Notes under the pieces: model-generated
Told to the model about the DNA's origin: nothing
The model's database searches: none
The model's input: the letters and a program-made list of their open reading frames with translations, nothing else
Position numbers and translations under genes: made by a program
Shown here: piece by piece, positions 1 to 14,789 of the stretch
Numbering within the stretch: position 1 is the first letter of the stretch
Layout of the letters: the number at the start of each line of letters is the position of its first letter
Assembly (NCBI GenBank): GCA_964016885.1
Contig: OZ024744.1
Span: forward strand, 77,190,001-77,254,000
DNA length: 64,000 nt
Direction of reading: 5' to 3'
From: Eledone cirrhosa
Lineage: Eukaryota

Positions 1-45
<45 letters not shown>

Positions 46-268
46 GGAGTATAACGCGGAGTTAATGTAGTTCTTCAAGTTCTTCAAGGAAGAATGGTTA
101 CTCCTTCATTACGTTTATTGTTTGGTGACGCGCGTTTCGCTATTAATCAGCTCAAGACTCGATCTGTATCGATCATTGATTACAGAGTCGGGCTAGATCG
201 ATACAGAGCGATTAATAGCGAAACCCCGCGTCACCAACCGATAAACGTAATGAAGGTGTAACCATTCG
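46..268 (-). repeat. Fold-back insertion between (TA)n tracts (arms 92-148 / 210-267) with a partial hammerhead motif; probable PLE pseudo-LTR remnant
   Basis: The two arms are near-exact reverse complements. The minus strand reads GA-GCT-GATTAAT-AGC-GAAAC-GCGC-GTC, the 3' half of a PLE-type hammerhead. Confidence 0.7.
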
Positions 269-282
269 TTTTTTTTTTGTTT

Positions 283-383
<101 letters not shown>

Positions 384-385
384 GA

Positions 386-443
<58 letters not shown>

Positions 444-526
444 CTGTATATCAATAATATTAATAAACGGAAGCTATCTTTATAAAACCATATTTATTTT
501 ATTATATATATTTCAAGAGTAATTGC

Positions 527-563
<37 letters not shown>

Positions 564-1312
564 TGCGTGCGCGTGTGTGTGTGTGTATGTGTGTAATAAA
601 AAGCAGTGCTGGTGATGGGGTGTGACACATCAAGCAGAAAGAGACCGTTATAAAGTTATCCGTTATAAAAGCAACTAAGACACAACAGTTTTTAAGAGAT
701 ATCGGAAACGTCGTAATTATCTCCCTTAGACCAAGAAATAATATAGACATGACTAGTACAGCTTGTCAGACAGCTTGTCAGACTGTCAGGCTGTGAAGTT
801 GTCAAGTTATTCGAGGTGAATATATAACACTATGATCAGACAAAAGGATGATGACATCCAACGCTTTTACCGTCTTGTCAGCAGGGTGTGGATGCATCAC
901 TTCTGTGCTCTTGCCCCAAGCCCAGAGCCCAATCACCCTCCTCCTTCACCCCTCCCCTCTCTTCTGCGACACCAGAGCTGATGCCACACACACACCCCCC
1001 TTCCCGATATTTTTCTTCTTTCTTTTACCTCTTTTTTTTTTCTATATTTTCCGCCCTATATATTCTTATTCTTTTCTTTCCTTTTATTTCCCCTTCTTTT
1101 TTATTATTTCTATATTAGCAAAATGTTCATGAAAAATACAAAATTAAAGAAATTAAAGTTTTTTTACTTTAATTTACTGTAATACAAATTTTCGCTATAA
1201 TCTCTCAAATAGTAAAGATACAATAAACATTTGAATTAAGAAACATGGAAGAACCATATTAGGAAGCTATTTGGTATATTATATGTACAACATAGATGAA
1301 TGACTGTATCAC

Positions 1313-1313
<1 letters not shown>

Positions 1314-1377
<64 letters not shown>

Positions 1378-1378
1378 C

Positions 1379-1415
<37 letters not shown>
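1314..1415. repeat. (TAG)n microsatellite
   Basis: Direct reading. Confidence 0.98.
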
Positions 1416-1416
<1 letters not shown>

Positions 1417-1638
1417 GGTCCGCTGGAAGGAATGTTTGAGGACTATGCTCTCACAACCCTCCCAGGAATAAGTGAGAGGAACGGCAAAAAGAAGAAGAAG
1501 AAGAAGAAGAAGAAGAAGAAGAAGAAGAAGAAGAAGAAGAAGAAGAAGAAGAAGAAGAAGAAGAAGAAGAAGAAGAAGAAGAAGAAGAAGAAGAAGAAGA
1601 AGAAGAAGAAGAAGAAGAAGAAGAAGAAGAAGAAGAAG
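1416..1638 (+). mobile_element. Very short 3' end of an RTE/Rex3-like LINE with an (AAG)~50 tail
   Basis: 72 bp encode VRWKECLRTMLSQPSQE*, resemble the 3' end of the RTE fragment at 14060-14480 (shared TGTTTGAGGACT), and are followed by (AAG)n. Confidence 0.5.
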
Positions 1639-1779
1639 ATTGACTAATCGATAGCAGTTAGGCTAATATTATAGAATTGCATAACTAATATCGATTATTG
1701 ATAATTTGTTCGTTGAATAATCGATTCATTAAGCACAGAACCTCTTTTCTTTTTCATCGCTCAACCTATATATATATAT

Positions 1780-3116
1780 TAAACTTTAGGACACATCTCC
1801 CCGTTAGGTTAATAGCACCTTCCAAATCAGACCTAGGTAGGGCCAGTAACAATATCATAGATAGGATCCTACCGGTACTTAGGAATGAAACTAGGCTTAG
1901 CTTATGGACCTCCACCAAGGAGGTAATAGACTGGTTCTCACTATTAGATAGCAAACATCAGGTAAATTTCTTTCAGTTGGACATAGCGAATTACTACGCG
2001 TCCGTATCACCAGTAATTGTGAACAAGGCCCTCATGAGCGCTATGGCTAAGTTCAACCTCACTAGAGAAGAAGTAAACATCATAATAGCAGCTTCGACAA
2101 TAAATTATGGGAAAGGAGGGACAGACCCGATAGTTTCGATATTACGATGGGGTCCAGTGATTCTGCGCAGGTGACGGGCCTGGTGAGAATATATCTCCTC
2201 CAAAGGCTAGCGGAGGAGATCCCAGGGATCGGCGGAGGAATATATAGAGACGACACACTATTTACCTTCCGCTCCCTAAACCCCAACCAGCTGGAGCGTA
2301 TGAGGAAGCGCATATCGCATGTTTTTAAACAGCACGGCTTATCCGTGCTGGTAGATCCTAGCACTAAGACAGTGAATTTCCTAGATGTAACTCTAGAACT
2401 GAATACGAGCATACACCAGCCTTACCACAAGCCCAACAAGAACCTGCATTATGTAAACAGGCACTCGAACCACCCCCAGTCCGTAATAGACGCCATAGTA
2501 AAAGGGGCATCCAAACGCATATCCACCCTGTCGGCTAACGCAGACGTGTTTAACCAGCACGCCGAGTATTATAATGAGGCACTACGCAGGGCCGGTTACA
2601 CAGAAGCCATAGTGTACACCCCAGACAGGGAAGGGCCCAGCGGCGAGACAGGCAGATATAAGGATAGTATTAGTACTTCCATAGGTAGGCAGAACAACCC
2701 GGAACACGCATCTAGGAATAGGGCTAGTAATATAGATTACCGCAAGGACACAAAACTGACACAAGACTGACACTAAGGCACACGCGGTTGGCAGACCACA
2801 CAGTACATGTAGACTGAATCCGGACACAGACACAATACGCGACGCGGACACTGAAACTAGTGACAGAGTAAGGACAGATACGGGCGTGAAACCAAGTAGA
2901 GGAAACACCCGGGGTCAATAGCAATGAAATAGCTCCGACAACAGCACCAGATAGCATTAACGGGACTTACAGTAGAGCCGACAATAGAGAACAGAACATT
3001 TCAGTAAGCGATCGGCGTAATCCTGACGTACACGGTAGATATATAGATAGCGGTAACATAGGGGACGAAATAACGGGTAGACACAACCCGGGAGGGACAC
3101 CTGACCTAACACACAT

Positions 3117-3173
<57 letters not shown>

Positions 3174-5132
3174 CACTACTACTACTACTACCACTACTAC
3201 ACAGAGACGACGGAATAGGACAAGGTCTAAGACCATTACGTGGTTTAACGCGCCGTATTCGAAACATATATGCAGCAATGTACCAGGCCTCTTCTTCAGA
3301 GCATTGGACGAGTGCTTCCCGCCATCGAACAGATACCACAGAATGTTCAACCGCCACACGGTGAAGTTCGTCTTCCACACCGCACCTAACATGGCAGACT
3401 ATATGGCCAAAACCAATGCGGTGAAGTTGGGGAAACTCCCCCGCCAACTGCGGCAGACGGCTGAAATCCTGGGGGGGGGGGGGGGCTGGAGGGCCACTTG
3501 GAGACAGGATTTTCAACTATGGTCCGGTCCCCACAGTGGCCGGCACACCCGCGGAAGACGCAGTAATCGACTACCAAGTGGAACTGAATGACGGAGAGGA
3601 GCCCACCGCACCGACAGAATAACACCCAGAGAATCGGGGGAACGCCGTAATAGGACCAGGACCCAGCGTAAGGAATGAGCAACATAACGACCGAACATAC
3701 AACTGCAGAGTAGGCACACAATGCCCTCTGAAAGATGCCTAACGAAGGGCGTCGTCTATAAATACGTGGTTAACACGCACACCAAGCGCACCTACATCGG
3801 TGCAGCATCCACGACCTTTAAATCGAGGATGTACAATCACACAAACTCTTTCAAAGACCGGAGCAAGAGACACTTCACTAAGCTGGCGGACCAAATATGG
3901 GACTTGATCTCAACTGGAGTATCGTTCATCATGCAAATGCATATTCGGCTGGAGAGACGAAGTATAGGCTATGCTTATCCGAGGCCATGGAGATAGTGAG
4001 ATTAAAGGATGACGCAGTCAACCTGAAATCGGAGATTATCATGACATGAAGACACCAGAGAAGGTGCACACTCTCCGTATGGACACCACCGGATGGCCCA
4101 AACTAAAGACATAAGGGGAAGCAGATGTCAGTCGGGGTGACGGCGCGGGTCCAAGGGAACCGACACAATACCTTGATGACTATGTATGCTCTGTGGGGTA
4201 GGTCGACACAATCAATGATGCCTATCAGACTCTCACCTCATCTTAAACAACGACGTCGCAGGAACCAGGACACGGTGGCTCAACTTCCATGGGTATAATC
4301 AATCCCGTATCATACACCAATAAGGCACTCTATTTCACCTGCAGTAACATACTCCATTATAGGCTGTTCTCCCGCACTCCCTACATATGTATCTTTTAAG
4401 TAGTGTGTATATCTTCTCCACGTATTCCATTATGTAACACTTCATGTATTTTTTCATGTACAACCCAATGTGTATTTTTTATATACTTTTCTATATATTT
4501 CTTATATATGTTTTATATATTCTGTATGCATTTTCTATATATGTTCTGGGTATACCCTTTACATTATTCCCACGAGCTCCTCATATGTAATTTTGCTTAA
4601 GGGTTCTATATGTGGATTAATCCACGTTAGCACCATAATGCCAATTCTGTCAACATGTACATCAAAGTGTGTCAGAACAAACCTATATACCATCATGTGA
4701 CATGCTGCATGCATTAACCGTCGTACCCCCACATGTACCTTTTTCGTACCTTACACGTATTTCCCCACATAACATTTCGATGTACAGCACCGTGTGCTTG
4801 CTGCATACACCCTCCACATATTTTTTATGCAGTTTATATTTTTTATATTTTTATTTTTATATTTTTATATTTTTTATACAGTTTATTCTCATATATGTGC
4901 GTGCGTGTGGGCGCGTACGTCTGTATGGGTGTGAGTGCACAAATGCGTGAGTGTGGGGGCATATATGTATAGGTGGGTGTATGTGTGTGTGCATGTGCAT
5001 GTAAAAGTATGCGCACGTATATATGTGCGTCTATGTGTGTGTGTGTGCGTGCATGCATCCACACACTATATTTGATATATATTTATCCTTATTGTGCCCT
5101 CTTTGGATTTTAGTCTTCAAATTTATTATTAT

Positions 5133-5135
<3 letters not shown>
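1780..5135 (+). mobile_element. PLE #1 (5'-truncated, frameshifted RT + GIY-YIG; probably Hydra-type clade)
   Basis: Motifs RLIAPSKSD, FFQLDIANYY, MGSSDSAQV, GIYRDD, VNFLDV, SNHP, TWFNAPYS, VVYK..TYIG, FKSRMYNH across ORFs 1698-2174, 2147-2770, 3304-3591 and 3721-3996. The element starts directly at a (TA)n tract. Confidence 0.92.
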
Positions 5136-5169
<34 letters not shown>

Positions 5170-5170
<1 letters not shown>

Positions 5171-5343
5171 CGAAGGAAGTGTGGTAAGGAACCAGATGGA
5201 CCATAACGCACCAGAGTACTCAATACTTAGGGTAGTAGAGTGGGTAATAGGAAAATGTTTAACATCGACGGCAGAGCTCAAGCCATTTTGACGGCTATTT
5301 CTGAAATAGCCGTCAAAACGGCTTGAGCTCTGCCGTCGGGGTC
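5170..5343 (-). repeat. Short dispersed fold-back element, family F, copy 1 (36-bp-arm hairpin 5266-5338)
   Basis: The same sequence occurs at 15348, 27032 and 27839-28165. The hairpin is centred on 5302 with one mismatch and is flanked by (TA)n. Confidence 0.85.
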
Positions 5344-5429
5344 TTGAAGATTTTCTTATATATATATATGTATATATGTGTGTGTATATAGGTATGTATG
5401 TGTGCGTGTATGTGTGTAAAATATGTATG

Positions 5430-5466
<37 letters not shown>

Positions 5467-5625
5467 ATACCTATATGTGTGTGTATATATATATATAAAT
5501 GTATATATATATCTATATATGTATATATATATGTATATATGTATATTTGTATATATATATATGTGTGTATATGTATATTTGTATATATATATATATGTAT
5601 ATATGTGTGTGTTTGTGTGTGTATA

Positions 5626-5663
<38 letters not shown>

Positions 5664-7756
5664 TACTATTTATAGTTATGTATATACTATAAACAACTCT
5701 AAACAGGAAAGGTCAGTAATTTCTTTCTACCTTATTACTAGTAAGAGAAATAGCTCAATGTAAGAACATCAGGTGTTTTACAGAGCAGGAATATAAATTA
5801 CACAAGTATCAAAGTTATGTTCAAATCATTTAATTGCTGACAATCGTTTCTTCCAAACTTTCGTTTGGTGAGCCTATATCTACTAAATGAAATTCATAAG
5901 AACCTACCCTACCTCAATGGTGGTTTATACCGCGATGATGCACTACTCCTTATAGACTATAAACAATTTAATATAGAAAGAACTAGGAAACAATTACATA
6001 AAATTTTCAAAAACTTCAACTTAAGTATCACCTTAGATAAACACACTTAAAACGTTAACTTCCTTGATGCTACCCCTTGCCTGGACTCTAAAATATATAC
6101 ACCCTTTCATAAACCAAACGAAAAACTAATTTATGTGAATACCAACTCTAACCACCCTAAATCCATATTAGACTCAATTACTAAAAGAATATCTAATAGA
6201 ATCTCTAATCTATCATATAACGAAACCATATTTAACAATAATTCCCAATACTATAATGAGGCCTTAGCTAAAAATGGGATTGAATTCCTACCTATAAAAT
6301 CACATAGTTACAACATTATTTCTCACAATATGGCCATGAGGAAAAATAATTAAAGTACTAGCCACGCTAACTCTAATACGAATGGTAATATCAAACTTAA
6401 CTCGCACCAAAGTAAACACCACAATAATAATATAAACAGAAATACAAATACCTAAAAAAAACATTACAAAAAACAAAAATAGAAGAACTAATACGTTCTT
6501 CAATCCCCCTTTCAATCTAAACGTCTCTACCAACTCAATCCTGGAGAAAAACTTCCCACCCGGCCACAAATACCATAATCTTATCAATAAAAATACCATT
6601 AAAATCGCTTACTCTACCACACCTAACATCGCGTACCATATAGCTAGTAGTAATAAAAGGAAGATTAACAATTATTTCCAACTAATTAAAACACAACAGA
6701 AGGTAAACTTAGTACCTGTAAATTCTAGTAGTAATAGTAATAATGGTAATAGCACTAATGAAATCAATAACAATAGGAATGACAACCATCATTATCCTAA
6801 TGCTATCCCTAGCAACCAGACTTCTACACAACATAGAAACCGGCAAGCAAACATCCAGATTAAATGTAACTAATAGAACTTGCCCCTTAGGTAATAATTG
6901 CTTAATCAAAGACATCATTTACTCATGCACGGTCAACGCAAACAACTCTTCTAAAACATATATTGGCTCTACTTCGAACTGCTTCAAGTCGAGATACAAC
7001 TCGCACTTCCACTCTTTCAAAAAACACAATCTATCCAACTCCACTTCTTTATCTAGCTACATACACTCTCTGAAAACTAGGAATAAACCATATACACTTC
7101 AATGGGAAGTAGTAGGTAGGGCCACATCGTATAAACCACCGAATAAATTGTGTAACCTTTGTCTTCTAGAGACCCGTACTATAATCTTTTCGAAACTAGG
7201 CCTCCTAAATAGAAGGTGTTTTCCTCATGCCAGCACCACTACCGACCCTCGTTCCATAACTTTAAACCTAGCTGTTAGTATATAACAATGTCAGATTTGA
7301 ATTCCTCACACTTCGCCTCTAGAGCTTATCATCCCCCACACTCTTTGATCAGCTCTTTCCTCTACACAACTTCTATTTATCTCTAACCTTATACTCTACA
7401 ATAACTATTAGAAATAAACAACTACTATAGATTACTTATATTATATACAGTAATGGATATATAATATGTAGAGACATTTAATGTAATATGTAATAATAAA
7501 TTATATATACATTTATAATTAAATATATAAATTAATAGCATTGTATATAAGGGATTAACTTTTAACACAATATAATGTATATTATTACACAAAAAAAATT
7601 TAACTAATTGGACATGTAAACAGCTATATATTTTTCCATGACTTATATCTTATCCAGTAATGGATAGATAACAATCTAATGAGACCTTTAATGTATTATA
7701 GGAAAATAGACTGTATTTAAAATTAAGTATAAATATATAACATTATGTAAAAGAGA

Positions 7757-7862
7757 TTCCCGCCGAGGTTGACTTTGCCTTTCATCCTTACGGGGTCGAT
7801 AAAATAAAGTACCAGTAATGCACTGTGTAATTGCTGGCCTTGTGCCTAAAGTAGAAACAATT
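7757..7862 (+). mobile_element. 5'-truncated tRNA-derived SINE (family A) inserted in the PLE #2 3' UTR
   Basis: Matches the family consensus CCCGCCGAGGT..TTTGCCTTTCATCCTTACGGGGTCGATAAAATAAAGTACCAG..GTAGAAACAATT. Confidence 0.85.
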
Positions 7863-8642
7863 ATGTAAAAGCGATTCACTTGTATCACAATATAATGTGT
7901 ATTAGAGCAAAGAATTTAAAAAATTGATAGTTTCCTATATATTTTAATTTAATTTAATTAGCTAGTTACCTCCCCTTACGCATTAGCTCCCCTTAATCTT
8001 GGATCTCATATTCACTTCCGGAAATTAAACCATTAGAAAAACTACTGTGGAACAACTCTAATCCATGAATAAGAATACAATAAGACCAATTTACAATCCA
8101 TTGCTGTAACTAACTAAAAACATTAAAAACATTCAATATAAACATTAACTAAAATATAATTTAACATATGTAATGGAAAAGATAACAATAACTTTGATTT
8201 TCTCAACACATACAAATTTGAACACTACAGTAACTATCATCACATTACATCCTCCATAATGTTTAATACACTAACACATTTGCTTGGTATTTTATGTGAT
8301 ACCTTTACCACAGAGTATTTATTTATTTATATATATATATGCCTAATACCTTTGCTTGTTTCCTTCGCATATATATGACTAACGCATGTGCACTTTCTAC
8401 ACGCCTGCATATGTACTGCTAGTGTCCTTATTCTTTCTCAATGCCTCTTTAATTATTAGACTATTCTCTTGTATTATCTGTCGCATGTATTCCACTCTGT
8501 GCTTTTAATTTAAATTTTTGTACAATTCTCATATAATATATGTCGCATAAATACGAAACTGTTGTTCACAACATCAATATATATGTATCTATATGATTGT
8601 TAAGTTGAATAGGAGGTTAATTATATGTACAAACATTGATAA

Positions 8643-8689
8643 TGCTCCGACGATCCCAAAGGAAAGTTTGGAAGAAACGATTGTCAGCA
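8643..8689 (+). ncRNA. Type I minimal hammerhead ribozyme in the PLE #2 3' pseudo-LTR (U4C variant)
   Basis: TGCT-CCGACGA-[TCCCAAAG GAAA GTTTGGAA]-GAAA-C GATT GTC-AGCA: stem I TGCT/AGCA and a GUC triplet. The inverted copy has a perfect CCAAAC-GAAA-GTTTGG stem II. Confidence 0.75.
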
Positions 8690-8723
8690 ATTAAATGATT
8701 TGAACATAACTTTGATAATTGTG

Positions 8724-8791
<68 letters not shown>

Positions 8792-8944
8792 GCACACATA
8801 TAAATATGTGTATGTGTATATATATATATAGGTTGAACAATGAAAACAAGCGCCAGCATCAACAGTTTTCCAAGAGATGTCAACATGAATGGACCTGTTA
8901 TTTTTCTCTAAAAACATTTTTCCGATTCCTCCTTACATGTCCCT

Positions 8945-9197
<253 letters not shown>

Positions 9198-9199
9198 TA

Positions 9200-12100
9200 A
9201 AATAACAGATTAAAGTTTAAGCAAAGAATCGCTGCTTTCACCCTTAACGGGATCTTCTGAAACTAACAAAGTCAATCTGTGAAAGCAGAAGTGAATATTT
9301 CAAAAAACGTTGGAACCGGGGGAAGACAGGAAGACGATACTTTGGTTCGTGGAAACGTTCCCTGGCAAAGAACGGGAAAAAACGAATATAATACGTCATT
9401 ATCTGGATCGGTGAAAAACAATTACACGCAAAGACAAAACCACGTTTATGGTATAAAAGAAGACGTAGACTAATATTCTATTAGGTGGTTCATAGAGACG
9501 TTCTCTGGCGTGCCTTTTATTTCGATAATCAGGGAAAAGCAGACAATAAACAGGGTAAATTTGGGTTTAAAACCTATAATAACCCTCCGAGTAACCCAGC
9601 ATTGCTACCCTTCGAAAATGATGTCTTGGAACTCATACGGAGTATCAAATTTCGGAATAGGAGCAATTCCTTCCAGCAGGACCTGAAGAATAGAATTCGT
9701 TCTATTAAGGATTCTAATGCCGTGCACGTCCATTCCGACAAAACTGGCAACCTATATCAAGTGGAGCGTAGTACTTACCATCAACTGCTACATAATGCTG
9801 TAACTAAGGATTACCGTAAGACTAATTGGAGTGTCATTAATGCTGGGTTTAAAATCACCTCTGATCTCAACATCCTGGACCGAACTGAACCTCTGGACCC
9901 TATTTCTCCCCACTTTACCCTGAAGGATCACAAATCCAATTTTCCGAACAACCCCTCTATTCGGCTTATTAACCCTACGAAGTCCGATTTAGGTAGACTT
10001 AGTAAAAGGATTCTTGATAGAATTATACCTGAAATTAGAAGTTTGGCGCCTCTTGCACTGTGGAACAATTCTTTCGCGGTGATTGATTGGTTCAACGGCA
10101 TATGCAACAAGGAACATTGCCGTTTTATCCAATTCGACATTAATAATTACTGCTCCTCCATCACTTTACCACTTCTCATTAGAGCTATCAATTTCGCTAA
10201 AACACTCAGTGGTTAAGGATTTCGAAGTTGATGTCATCCTCAATGCCCGTAACTCGGTGATTAATTTCGACGACTCTATTTGGATTAAAAAATCCAATAG
10301 TACCCCATTCGACATGAGTATGGGCGCCAGCGATTCTGTGGAGGTTACTGATCTTATCGGCCTTTTCCTTCTTTTCTCTATCAAGGAAGAATGATGATGG
10401 TCTTTTGACCATGACTAAGTGCGGCCCACGTGCTTGCGACAGGTTCAGAAAAGAACTCACAGCCTTCTTTAAAGGCTTCAACCTCTCCATACAGGTTGAG
10501 GCCAGCCTCTCGGTTGTTAATTACCTCGACGTTACCCTCAATTTTTCGAATGGCTTGCATTACCCGTATAGAAAGCCGAATGATACGCTTAATTACATAA
10601 GTAAGCATTCTAACCATCCTGCCAGCATAACCAAGAACCTGGTAAGAAACGTTTCTTTGAGGCTTTCCCGTCTATCTACTAACGAGCATATTTTCAACGA
10701 CCATTCCACATATTACAATGAAGCTCTTGCTCGGAGTGGGTTTGTCGATAAGGTAGCATATACAGAGTACGAGAATAGACCTAGAAGAAATAGATCCCAG
10801 CGCATTATATTGTATAACCCACCATATAATATGGAGGTGGCCACACCATTAGCTAAGATCTTTCTCTCCCTTATTATGAAGCATTTTCCCCCTACACATA
10901 AATATAGTAAAATTTTTAATAGAAATACTATTAAAATTTCTTACTCTACGACTCCTATCCTTGCATATAACATCACAGCTTCAAATTTAGCTAAACTACC
11001 TAGCCGTAGGAACACGTGCAACCCTGTAGTTAGTACTAACTGTAATTGTAGGAATCGGGTTGACTGCTCCCTATCCGGGAAATGCCTCTCTAGTAACATT
11101 GTCTACAAATGTAAGGTTGAAACACCCACGTCCCGTAGGGCCTACATAGTTAACCGCCAATAGATTCAAGCAGCGTCTTTACATGCATGCCCATTCTTTT
11201 CGTTACCCTCTAAGAAGGAATATGACGCCACTTTCAGCTTATATCTGGAGTCTAAAAGACAACCACACCCAATATAAGTTACACTGCGAGATCCTAGCTA
11301 GGGCTAGATCGTATAACGGAAATAAAAGACCATGTTACCTCTGCGCCGCTGAGGCCCTGGAAATACTCTACGCCAAAGACCACATCTTAAACAAAAAATC
11401 TGAGGCAATTTCGGCTTGTAAACATAAATTGCACAAAACTTTCCTGTATTACGGCCCCACATTATAACCTAACGGATAGTACGAACTATACGCGGATATT
11501 TTACGTCTTGATGTGGTAGCTAAGTATATATTATGTTTATACCACTACTTATTTGTATAGGTAAGTATATATTACCTGTATGTTTTGTGAAGGTACGTAT
11601 ACTTTCTCGTACGTATATTTGATTGTATATGTTATGGCGTATATATTATATATTCTGGTACATATGCTTTTGGTTATGTGTATACGTGAGTTTTGCATTT
11701 GTGTGAGTATGCGGGTTCGTACGTATGTAGGGTGTGTGTGTATGTGTGCTTTGTATTTTGGTTGACGACCGTCTCCGAACATATGTGTATTTACATGTAG
11801 GTATGTGTGTGCGCTTGTTATATACGTATTTATTTATTTATATACGTTTATTTAATTATATGTATACACGCACACACACATATATATATATTTCTTTTTT
11901 TATATATATTTTTATGTGTACTTGGTGAATACATTCGTATGCGTACGGGTACTGGCGTTGCGTGGGTTCTGTAAGTGCGTGCGGGGTTGTTGTTGTTGTT
12001 GTTTTTTTATTGTGTGTACGTGCGTGTATTTGTATACCTATGGCGAGTGTTTTCGCGTATGCTTGTGTATGTACGTATATGGATGCGTGTATGTAATTAT

Positions 12101-12694
12101 TTAATTTCAATTACCTCTGTATTTTATTTACTTTATTCTTAACTCTGAAGCCGAGAATCATTCGGTTTCCTAGTTAGAATTCTTGTCTACGACTTCAGTT
12201 ATACCATTTATGTGGTTTTGTCTTTGCGTGCTATTGTTCTCCCCGCACCATATAATGACGTATAACTTCGTTTTTTTTTCGTTCATTGCCAGAGAACGTC
12301 TCTATGAACCACCTAAGAGAACATTAGTCTACGACTTCTTTTATACCATAAACGTGGTTTTGTCTCTGCGTGTAATTGTTTTTCACCGATCCAAATAATG
12401 ACGTATTATATTCGTTTTTTCCCGTTCTTTGCCAGGGAACGTTTCTACGAACCGAAGTATCGTCTTCCTGTCTTCTTCCGGTTGCAACGTTTTTTTGAAA
12501 TATTCACCTCTGCCTTCACAGATTGACTTTGTTAGTTTCAGAAGATCCCGTTAAGGGTGAAAGCAGCGATTCTTTGCTTAAACTTTAATCTGTTATTTAA
12601 AAAAATATTTGCTCTACGGTTCTTATATATTTGATATATATTTATCCTCATCGAGCCCTCTTTGGATTTTAGTCTTCAAATTTATTATTATTAC
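9200..12694 (+). mobile_element. PLE #3 (near-complete decayed ORF ~9505-11467) with ~310-bp inverted pseudo-LTRs 9200-9509 / 12288-12598
   Basis: WRAFYF, SDKTGNLY, TLKDHK, RLINPTKSD, FIQFDI, MGASDS, VNYLDV, CNCRNRVDCSLSGKCL, CYLC, LNKKSE..CKH. A small deletion removes the residues before DD. Long inverted repeat present. Confidence 0.95.
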
Positions 12695-13037
12695 TATATA
12701 TATATATATATATATCCGTAAGTGAATAATAAAAATGTTATAATATCATGATATTATTAATATTCGGTTTGCTTGCAAACAAACAGCCTCATAAACACCA
12801 TGTGTTAGCCGGCGTCATCCTTTCGTTCATTTCAAAATATATTTTGTTTAAACCATGTTCACTTAAAATAATCAAAATATACACAGACATGTATATAATA
12901 TGAAATGAAACTGGAAGGCCCATATATATAAGTATGTGTATGTATATAAATGTGTGTGTGTATACATATATATATATGTGTATGTGTGTGTGTATTTGTA
13001 TATGTGGGTGTCTGTGATCTATATACACTGGTCATAG

Positions 13038-13099
<62 letters not shown>

Positions 13100-13128
13100 T
13101 GAGTCTGTGTGTATATACACACACTCAC

Positions 13129-13161
<33 letters not shown>

Positions 13162-13282
13162 ATATACACACACAACAGCACCGGCTCTCTCTTTCTTCCA
13201 TTCTCCTTCTGTCTCCTCTCCCTCTCACTATGTCTCTCTTTCAATTTACTCTCTCACAACCACTATCCCTTTCACTCTCTCA

Positions 13283-13384
<102 letters not shown>

Positions 13385-13587
13385 CTATCTATCTATCTAT
13401 CTATCTCACTCTATTTGTGAAGGTACCCAGAAAACCCCATATCTCGGGAACCCGTGCTCCAATTTACGCGAAACTTGTTTTATTCCATTTGTATTCCCAT
13501 TTCAGGGTCAACTTCTTTTCAAAGTATTTTCCCATCATTCGCCCTTTTAGCTGTATTACATTACAGACAAGCAGGCAAGCAATCACA

Positions 13588-13915
<328 letters not shown>

Positions 13916-14059
13916 TTGAAGGGACGGGCGGGTTGGCTAAGTGGTGTAATTCATTTATCTGGGGCTTAGCTTGTGCACGCATAGGATCATCAATAAAATC
14001 TTGACTTGTCTGATAAATAAAGTGTCTTTACACACACGCGCGCGCCTCAACAAAAGCCA

Positions 14060-14480
14060 TTTTCGACACACGTTAGTCGTTGGGGAAGAGTCCTCAAACA
14101 CTCTTTGCAGCAGATCCTGTCAGAAGGAGCCGTCTTCAACTGATTCGGCTGGATCCCCAAACGCGACCAACCAAGCTCACGGATGTTATCCAACCATCTT
14201 GCTCGGGGTCTCTATCCGTAGGTCTCCTGCTGGTTGTTTTGCGATTCTTTCCTGAGACGTATGCCCATAGTATCGGATCTGTGATTTCTCAATTCGGAGA
14301 AGTAGCGGCTCTCCCTGGAGTGACTCTCTGATCTACGAGCTATGCACACTATCGAGTAACATTACTCCAAATACCCTTCAGAGAAACTCCATTTCGGCCG
14401 CTTGTATTTGCGATCATATTCTTTCGGTCATTACCCAAGATTCATGACCATAGGTAAGTGTTGGCACGAATTGAAGATAG
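14060..14480 (-). mobile_element. RTE (Rex3/Expander-like) LINE 3' fragment, decayed
   Basis: Minus-strand peptides FVPTLTYGHESWVMTER..QIQAAEMEFL and PRARWLDNIRELGWSRLGIQPNQL. Confidence 0.8.
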
Positions 14481-14789
14481 CAAGTTTGGCTCTTACGTCT
14501 ACCTCCTTTCTTCTGATTACTGAATGCTGAAGTGGTTTCACAGATAAAAATCTTCTACTCTTCTGAGCAGTACGATAAAACTACTAGAAGAAAAACATAA
14601 GTAAATTTCTCGTATGGTTTTCATCCCCTATTTCCTTTTGGGGAAAAAATAGTTCTTAGCGCCACAAGTATAGACAAATAATTTATCACCATACAGTAAA
14701 AATCGCCTGTTCCTGTACAAAAGTTATAAAATCCCTTATCATCAACACATTCATGAGCTCCCCACACCAAATTACTCATACAGAAGACT

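Larger units (their letters stand above)
5797..8727 (+). mobile_element. PLE #2 (5'-truncated, decayed) with inverted pseudo-LTR ends 5797-5868 / 8656-8727
   Basis: GGLYRDDAL, NSNHP, FFNPPF, CPLGNNCL, IIYSC..TYIGST, CNLCLLE. A 72-bp inverted terminal repeat is present. Confidence 0.92.

Noticed and set aside
4047-4049. In-frame TGA at the conserved Cys of the C-R/K-H motif in PLE #1 (selenocysteine, as in Naiad PLEs?)
   Set aside because: Only one instance in a copy with many frameshifts and other Cys-to-Tyr changes. PLE #2 and #3 have TGC/TGT there, and no SECIS was recognised.
12539-12580. Hammerhead-like CAGAAGA-TCCC GTTAA GGGT-GAAA in the PLE #3 pseudo-LTR
   Set aside because: The core is non-canonical in both copies and there is no convincing stem I or III.
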